In this document: piece by piece, positions 58,836 to 64,000 of the stretch
Position numbering within the stretch: the stretch's first letter is position 1
Layout: every line of letters starts with the position of its first letter
Source: an uncultured Bacteroidales bacterium
Lineage (GTDB): Bacteria; Bacteroidota; Bacteroidia; Bacteroidales; Marinilabiliaceae
Direction: 5' to 3'
Assembly: GCA_937892255.1 (NCBI GenBank)
Contig: CALAUL010000016.1
Coordinates: 6,419 to 70,418, forward strand
Length of the DNA: 64,000 nt
The notes under the pieces: model-generated
Told to the model about the DNA's origin: nothing
Seen by the model: only the letters and a program-made list of their open reading frames with translations
Database searches by the model: none
Translations under genes and position numbers: made by a program

Positions 58836-59870
58836 ATGTGGAATGAGAAATTTCAGATGGGCTATAAAACTCTCACGGGGTATATAGCATTGCTCTTATT
58901 GCTGATGATAGTGTTCTGTTTGCAAAAGTGCCACGGAAAAAGAGTTCAAGTAATAGAAACAGAAACATATAAGTTAGAATACGTACTTCCGAAAGACGTT
59001 GACACGGTGAATATAAACAATGCATCAGTCTTGGAATTGAAACATATTGGCTTTACCAATTACGAGATTGTATCCATGCTATCGTCCCGAGAAAGAGGTT
59101 TTGTTTTTAGAAATATAGAACAATTGAAGCAAAACAGGTATTTCGACACATTGAAGATAAATGTAATGGCCCCGTATCTGTTGTTTGATACAACAGCAAT
59201 GCCTTATAAACCCCGTTTTGCAAACAAAAAGAAGACAAAATCACAAGCCTATAATCGCAAAGTAAGTTTGTATTACACAACAGAGGAAGAGTTTGTAAAC
59301 TATGGAGTACCCAAAGCCGTGATAGATACCATAAGTCATTATAAAGAATGCTACTATATGAAAGGAAGTGTCGTTCTGAGTGAGCTGTTGAGCGCAACGC
59401 CATCGACAATAGGAGAATTGTTGACTTCGCATATCTCGGGAGAAAAGCGACAACAAGCAAAACAGCAGAAAGTAATACAGAAAGTTGAACTTAATAGTGC
59501 AACCGTTGAAGAACTTGTAAAATTGCCATGGATAAAAGACAAAACAGCAAATACAATATTGAAATACCGTGACAGATTGAAAGGATTTGTGGACATATCG
59601 CAATTGCTTGAAGTATACGGAATAGACTCCGTCAGATACGAAAAGATTTGTCAAAACATATATGTCGACGAAACGAAAATAGAGAAAATATATATCAATA
59701 GAAAACTAAAAGAAGGATTTTATCATCCTTATGTCACTAAAGAACTAAAGCATGCGTTAAGCATGAACAGACGTACAAACAAAGTGTCAAACGTAGACGA
59801 ATTCGTAGAATTATATCAAGGTAAATACACTAATAAATGGTTAGAAAAATATCTTTCTTTTGAAAAATAA
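58836..59870 (+). CDS. membrane-anchored helix-hairpin-helix (ComEA-like) repeat protein
   Basis: N-terminal TM helix. HhH modules INNASVLELKHIGFTNYEIVSML and LNSATVEELVKLPWIKDKTANTILKYRDRLKGF. Alternative ATG at 58857. Confidence 0.6.
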   Translation: MWNEKFQMGYKTLTGYIALLLLLMIVFCLQKCHGKRVQVIETETYKLEYVLPKDVDTVNINNASVLELKHIGFTNYEIVSMLSSRERGFVFRNIEQLKQNRYFDTLKINVMAPYLLFDTTAMPYKPRFANKKKTKSQAYNRKVSLYYTTEEEFVNYGVPKAVIDTISHYKECYYMKGSVVLSELLSATPSTIGELLTSHISGEKRQQAKQQKVIQKVELNSATVEELVKLPWIKDKTANTILKYRDRLKGFVDISQLLEVYGIDSVRYEKICQNIYVDETKIEKIYINRKLKEGFYHPYVTKELKHALSMNRRTNKVSNVDEFVELYQGKYTNKWLEKYLSFEK

Positions 59871-59962
59871 CAGAAATCATTTGTTATAGTCGTAAAACTT
59901 CATTTACTTTGCACCACTTTAAAAGACAGAATATTTAATTTCGAAATAAATAAAAATAAATC

Positions 59963-60154
59963 ATGATTGTAGTACCTATCAAAGAAGGCGAGAACATAGA
60001 AAGAGCCTTGAAGAAATTTAAAAGAAAATTTGAAAAGACAGGTGTAATGCGTGAATTGAGAGATCGTCAGGCATTTACAAAAGATTCAATTATCCGTCGC
60101 GATAAGATGGCTAAGGCTGTATACGTACAGAAGTTGCGTCGCGAAATGGAGTAA
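59963..60154 (+). CDS. rpsU: 30S ribosomal protein S21
   Basis: 63 aa. ENIERALKKFKRKFEKTGVMRELRDRQAF is typical of S21. Confidence 0.92.
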   Translation: MIVVPIKEGENIERALKKFKRKFEKTGVMRELRDRQAFTKDSIIRRDKMAKAVYVQKLRREME

Positions 60155-60200
60155 TCTAATATCGGACTCCAGTGCGCATGGAGAACGAAACAGATACTAC

Positions 60201-60238
60201 AAAGAGGATGTGTTTTCGAAAGAATTCATATCCTCTTT
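60201..60238 (+). terminator. hairpin between rpsU and the recombinase gene (12-bp stem with one G-U)
   Basis: aaagaggatgtg (60201-60212) pairs with catatcctcttt (60227-60238). Only a short T run follows, so it may act as an attenuator or a processing site. Confidence 0.4.
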
Positions 60239-60258
60239 GAGTTATAAAAGAGTTGAGA

Positions 60259-61161
60259 ATGCGTTACGTACAGGAATTTTTGAAATATATGAGATATGAG
60301 CGTCGGTGTTCGAATTTAACCATTGATGCTTATGAAAATGACTTGAGACTGTTGGAACAGTTTCTAATAAACTATGATATTTCAGATCCTTGTAATGTGA
60401 CAGCTCGTCATTTGCGTCGTTGGATAATGTCGTTGCTCACACGGGGCTTGAAGCCTCGCAGTGTCAATAGGAAAATAGCTTCGTGTAGAAGTTATTACAA
60501 ATATCTGTGCAGAGAAAGAGTTGTGCAGAAAAATCCGAGTTCCATGATAGATAATGTAAAAACACCCAAGTTGTTGCCCGTTTTTCTTCATGAACCAGAG
60601 ATGAATCTCTTATTAGAGATGGAGAACTTTCCTGACACATACGAAGGGGTTAGAGATAAAACAATTCTTGAACTTTTTTATATGTCTGGATTGCGAGTGT
60701 CTGAGCTGACGAATTTGACTGATAGTCAGATTGATTTGTCTCGCGAAGTGCTGTTGATTCTTGGAAAAAGAAAAAAGCAACGAATTATTCCGCTGACAAA
60801 TGTTTTGAAATTAAGTTTAAATTCGTATCTTCATCGAAGAAATTTAGAGTTCGGAGATTCGGTAAGAGGTGGCAGAGTCTTTTTGACGAAGAATGGAGAT
60901 GACGTTTACACGAAACTAATCTATAGGATTGTTCGTAAGCATATAGAAATGGTATCAACTGTATCGAAGAAGAGTCCGCATGTATTGCGTCACACGTTTG
61001 CGACTGTTTTGTTGAACAATGGGGCAGATTTGATGTCGATTAAAGAATTGCTTGGACATTCCAGTCTTGCGGCAACGCAGATATATGCTCACACCGAGTT
61101 CGAACAGTTAAACAAAGTTTATAAACAAGCCCATCCGAGGGCTGAAAATAAGGAGGACTGA
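60259..61161 (+). CDS. tyrosine recombinase, XerC/XerD-like
   Basis: N-terminal SAM-like core-binding domain. Catalytic HVLRHTFAT and LLGHSSLAATQIYAH motifs. The ATG at 60259 is preferred over the listed TTG at 60253. Confidence 0.85.
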   Translation: MRYVQEFLKYMRYERRCSNLTIDAYENDLRLLEQFLINYDISDPCNVTARHLRRWIMSLLTRGLKPRSVNRKIASCRSYYKYLCRERVVQKNPSSMIDNVKTPKLLPVFLHEPEMNLLLEMENFPDTYEGVRDKTILELFYMSGLRVSELTNLTDSQIDLSREVLLILGKRKKQRIIPLTNVLKLSLNSYLHRRNLEFGDSVRGGRVFLTKNGDDVYTKLIYRIVRKHIEMVSTVSKKSPHVLRHTFATVLLNNGADLMSIKELLGHSSLAATQIYAHTEFEQLNKVYKQAHPRAENKED

Positions 61162-61164
61162 ATT

Positions 61165-61455
61165 ATGAAAATTACGATTCAATCGTTGCATTTCGATGCA
61201 TCGGAGCAACTGAAGGAGTTCATTGACCACAAGGTTGGTAAATTGGACCATTTTTTTGATGGAATAATATCTGCTGATGTTGTTCTTAGTTTGGACAAAG
61301 CAGTGAATACAGAGAACAAGGTGACGAAAATTTCTTTGTCGGTTCCTAATGGTAGTTTGGTGGCAGAGAAGCAGTGTAAGACGTTTGAGGAAGGAGTGGA
61401 CTTGTCGTGTGATGCGCTTAAACGTCAAATAGAGAAGTATAAGGACCATAAGTAA
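61165..61455 (+). CDS. hpf: ribosome hibernation promoting factor / RaiA family (short form)
   Basis: 96 aa. MKITIQSLHFDASEQLKEFIDHKVGKL is a typical HPF N-terminus. Confidence 0.85.
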   Translation: MKITIQSLHFDASEQLKEFIDHKVGKLDHFFDGIISADVVLSLDKAVNTENKVTKISLSVPNGSLVAEKQCKTFEEGVDLSCDALKRQIEKYKDHK

Positions 61456-61476
61456 TCAAGACTTTGATAGATGAGA

Positions 61477-61507
61477 GGGGGTAAATGGTGGTTTACCCCC
61501 TTTTTTT
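61477..61507 (+). terminator. intrinsic terminator after hpf
   Basis: gggggtaaa (61477-61485) pairs with tttaccccc (61492-61500), followed by seven T. Confidence 0.85.
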
Positions 61508-61615
61508 GACTTGTATGCAAGAGCATTGAAGTTCACAATAGGTGCTCCAAACGTAAAAAAAACATAAATGACAAAAAAAAAGTGAGAATATGCATTGTAT
61601 TCAATTGAAAATATC

Positions 61616-61623
61616 TACCTTTG
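61616..61623 (+). promoter_or_regulatory. candidate -7 promoter element TACCTTTG for tuf, with TTG at 61595-61597
   Basis: Exact TAnnTTTG, 95 nt upstream of the tuf start. Confidence 0.4.
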
Positions 61624-61717
61624 TGGTCGAAAAAAAGGGTGGGTAATTATGCTCGCTTGAAAAATATATGAATTTGATTGAATATTTTAAATATCTAATT
61701 GTCTAATAATTCGAATT

Positions 61718-62905
61718 ATGGCTAAAGAAACATTTAAAAGAGACAAAGATCACGTGAATATTGGTACCATTGGTCACGTAGACCATGGTAAGACTACTCT
61801 TACTGCTGCTATCACAACAGTATTAGCAAAGAAGGGTCTTTCAGAGTTGCGTGCGTTTGACTCAATTGACAATGCTCCAGAAGAGAAGGAGCGTGGTATT
61901 ACAATCAACACTTCGCACGTGGAGTATCAGACTGAGACTCGTCACTATGCGCACGTAGACTGTCCGGGTCACGCTGACTATGTGAAGAACATGGTAACAG
62001 GTGCTGCTCAGATGGATGGAGCTATCCTTGTTTGTGCTGCAACTGATGGTCCTATGCCTCAGACTCGTGAGCACATTCTTCTTGCTCGTCAGGTGAATGT
62101 TCCACGTATCGTAGTGTTTATGAATAAAGTGGATATGGTTGACGATCCAGAGCTTCTTGAACTTGTTGAGATGGAGCTTCGTGATCTTCTTTCATTCTAC
62201 AACTTTGATGGTGACAACTCTCCAGTGATCAAGGGTTCTGCTCTTGGCGCATTGAACGGTGAGCCACAGTGGGAAGAAAAAGTGATGGAACTCATGAATG
62301 CTGTTGATACATGGATTCCACTTCCTCCACGTGATATAGATAAGCCATTCTTGATGCCGGTTGAAGATGTATTCACTATTACAGGTCGTGGTACAGTTGC
62401 TACAGGTCGTATTGAGGCGGGTGTTATCCATACAGGTGATGAACTTCAGATTATTGGTCTTGGTGCTGAAAATAAGAAGACTACTTGTACAGGTGTTGAG
62501 ATGTTCCGTAAGATTCTTGATGAAGGTCAGGCTGGTGACAACGTAGGTTTGTTGCTTCGTGGTATTGAGAAGTCTGAAATCAGACGTGGTATGGTGCTTG
62601 CTAAGCCAGGTCAGGTGACTCCTCATACTAAGTTCAAGGCTGAGATTTACGTTTTGAAGAAGGAAGAGGGTGGTCGTCATACTCCATTCCAGAATAAGTA
62701 TCGTCCACAGTTCTACCTCCGTACATTGGATATTACAGGTGAGATTACACTTTCTGAAGGTGTTGAAATGGTAATGCCAGGTGATAACGTGTCTATCACA
62801 GTAGAACTTATCTATCCGGTAGCTTTGAACCAGGGTCTTCGTTTTGCTATCCGCGAGGGTGGCCGTACGGTAGGTGCTGGTCAGGTGACTGAGATTATTG
62901 AGTAA
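61718..62905 (+). CDS. tuf: elongation factor Tu
   Basis: [17 protein letters not shown] and NKVD motifs. Full-length match to Bacteroidales EF-Tu as I recall it. Confidence 0.98.
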   Translation: MAKETFKRDKDHVNIGTIGHVDHGKTTLTAAITTVLAKKGLSELRAFDSIDNAPEEKERGITINTSHVEYQTETRHYAHVDCPGHADYVKNMVTGAAQMDGAILVCAATDGPMPQTREHILLARQVNVPRIVVFMNKVDMVDDPELLELVEMELRDLLSFYNFDGDNSPVIKGSALGALNGEPQWEEKVMELMNAVDTWIPLPPRDIDKPFLMPVEDVFTITGRGTVATGRIEAGVIHTGDELQIIGLGAENKKTTCTGVEMFRKILDEGQAGDNVGLLLRGIEKSEIRRGMVLAKPGQVTPHTKFKAEIYVLKKEEGGRHTPFQNKYRPQFYLRTLDITGEITLSEGVEMVMPGDNVSITVELIYPVALNQGLRFAIREGGRTVGAGQVTEIIE

Positions 62906-62951
62906 TACGAGGGTATAACAATATGCCGAGGGAAATATTCTCTCGGCTTTT

Positions 62952-63024
62952 ACGGGTGTAGCTCAGTTGGTAGAGCACTGGTCTCCAAAACCAGGTGTCG
63001 GGAGTTCGAGCCTCTCCTCCCGTG
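62952..63024 (+). tRNA. tRNA-Trp (anticodon CCA)
   Basis: Folded by hand. Acceptor ACGGGTG/CTCCCGT with one U-U mismatch at positions 6-67. D arm GCTC-AGTTGGTA-GAGC. Anticodon arm CTGGT-CTCCAAA-ACCAG. T arm GGGAG-TTCGAGC-CTCTC. Discriminator G. CCA is not encoded. Confidence 0.9.
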
Positions 63025-63065
63025 CTAAAACATAGAAGAATATTGTATCTGATATTTATATAGAT

Positions 63066-63260
63066 ATGGGTAAAATTGTAAATTACTTTAAGGATGTTCG
63101 TACAGAACTTGTACAAAAAACCTCGTGGCCATCGTGGCGAGATTTGAGTAATAGTGCGGTTGTTGTTATGGTGGCATCTGTGATTATTGCGTTGGTGGTT
63201 TTTGTGATGGATTTCGCTTTTGAAAATCTGCTCAAATTTATTTACCAATTGTTGTACTAA
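63066..63260 (+). CDS. secE: preprotein translocase subunit SecE
   Basis: 64 aa. VRTELVQKTSWPSWRDL followed by one TM helix. Sits between tRNA-Trp and nusG. Confidence 0.88.
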   Translation: MGKIVNYFKDVRTELVQKTSWPSWRDLSNSAVVVMVASVIIALVVFVMDFAFENLLKFIYQLLY

Positions 63261-63273
63261 GAGAGATTCGAGT

Positions 63274-63813
63274 ATGGCCGGAATAGAGAAAAAATGGTAT
63301 GTCTTGCGCGCTATAGGAGGCAAGGAGAAGAAAGCAAAGGAGATGCTTGACAATGAGATCAGGGTTCTTGGACTTACAGATTTGGTTAGTGAGGCTGTCG
63401 TTCCTGTAGAGCGAGTTTATCAGCAGAGAAATGGCAAGAAATATGTTAAGGAGAGAATTTTGTATGCCGGCTATGTTTTTGTTGAAGCTGCTTTGGTAGG
63501 TGAAGTGCCTCATATTTTGCGCAATATTCCGAACATTATTAATTTTTTAGGAGATAACAATCCTATTCCGATGCGGCCTTCAGAGGTTGCAAGAATGATT
63601 GGAACAGCAGATCAGGCGATAGACGACACGTTGGATATGGTTGTTAAATTCACCAAGAATGAAGTGGTGAAAGTTGTTGATGGGCCATTTAATGGATTTA
63701 GTGGTGAGATTGAAGAAATTAATGAAGAGAAGAAGAAATTGCTTGTGATGGTGAAGATATTTGGAAGAAAGACTCCTTTGGAATTAGGGTATTTACAAGT
63801 CGAAAAAGAATAA
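63274..63813 (+). CDS. nusG: transcription termination/antitermination factor NusG
   Basis: [17 protein letters not shown]-terminus and KOW motif [19 protein letters not shown]. The ATG at 63274 is preferred over the listed start at 63220, which overlaps secE. Confidence 0.92.
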   Translation: MAGIEKKWYVLRAIGGKEKKAKEMLDNEIRVLGLTDLVSEAVVPVERVYQQRNGKKYVKERILYAGYVFVEAALVGEVPHILRNIPNIINFLGDNNPIPMRPSEVARMIGTADQAIDDTLDMVVKFTKNEVVKVVDGPFNGFSGEIEEINEEKKKLLVMVKIFGRKTPLELGYLQVEKE

Positions 63814-63898
63814 CAGCGAGTTCAGTATAAAATGCTTCCTCCGGCTTGATCGGACATACGAACTTGGTTATATAATTAATATTTTAAGAATTGCTACA

Positions 63899-64000
63899 AT
63901 GGCTAAAGAAGTAGAAACCTTTATCAAATTACAAGTTAAAGGTGGTGCGGCGAATCCTTCACCTCCTATCGGTCCAGCATTGGGCTCGAAGGGCGTGAAC
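63899..64000 (+). CDS. rplK: 50S ribosomal protein L11, N-terminal 34 codons (truncated by window end)
   Basis: [34 protein letters not shown] is the conserved L11 N-terminus. Confidence 0.9.
   Translation, partial: MAKEVETFIKLQVKGGAANPSPPIGPALGSKGVN

Noticed and set aside
60259-61161. Tyrosine recombinase as a sign of an integrated mobile element near tRNA-Trp
   Set aside because: It sits in an rpsU / recombinase / hpf arrangement that I recall as conserved in Bacteroides chromosomes. There are no flanking direct repeats, no cargo genes and no change in composition. It is most likely a housekeeping Xer-type recombinase.
61456-61717. Looked for the tRNA cluster that precedes tuf in many bacteria (thrU-tyrU-glyT-thrT in E. 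coli)
   Set aside because: No cloverleaf-capable sequence is present. The region contains only the hpf terminator, A-runs and a promoter-like motif. The absence is uninformative without comparison to close relatives.

Overview
The window looks like core chromosome of a low-GC Bacteroidota (probably Bacteroidales) genome. The evidence is an EF-Tu of Bacteroides type, TAnnTTTG promoter motifs, TonB-dependent receptors with carboxypeptidase-regulatory-like N-termini, and the gene order. All calls rest on motif and family recognition by eye, with no searches run. I call about 58 protein genes, one tRNA (Trp-CCA), and no rRNA, CRISPR array, transposon or prophage. Landmarks in order: pepD; a FecR / TonB-receptor / DUF4249 trio; trxB; floA; a large TPR-PD40-SPOR protein; and a complete dcw division and cell-wall cluster (rsmH-ftsL-ftsI-murE-mraY-murD-ftsW-murG-murC-ftsQ-ftsA-ftsZ, without mraZ). 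The dcw cluster is followed by yqeY, a cyclophilin and a DUF3127-like protein. Next come an envelope and secreted-protein block, cvfB-rlmN, two SurA-like genes plus an OstA-like gene, purB, an MsbA-like ABC exporter, two tandem SiaC-like (DUF1987) genes, miaB, an acyltransferase, and a second TonB receptor. The window ends with a NamZ-NagZ fusion beside an NSS transporter, then rpsU-xer-hpf and tuf-tRNATrp-secE-nusG-rplK. I found no convincing multi-gene defence or mobile system, so this is mostly ordinary housekeeping DNA. The items most worth follow-up are the DUF3127-like protein with an SSB-type linker and DDLPF tip at the end of the dcw array, the SPOR-domain giant protein divergent from rsmH, the NamZ-NagZ fusion lipoprotein, the orphan tandem SiaC-like pair, an anti-sigma/receptor module with no sigma factor, and a 465-bp ORF-free gap between convergent genes.
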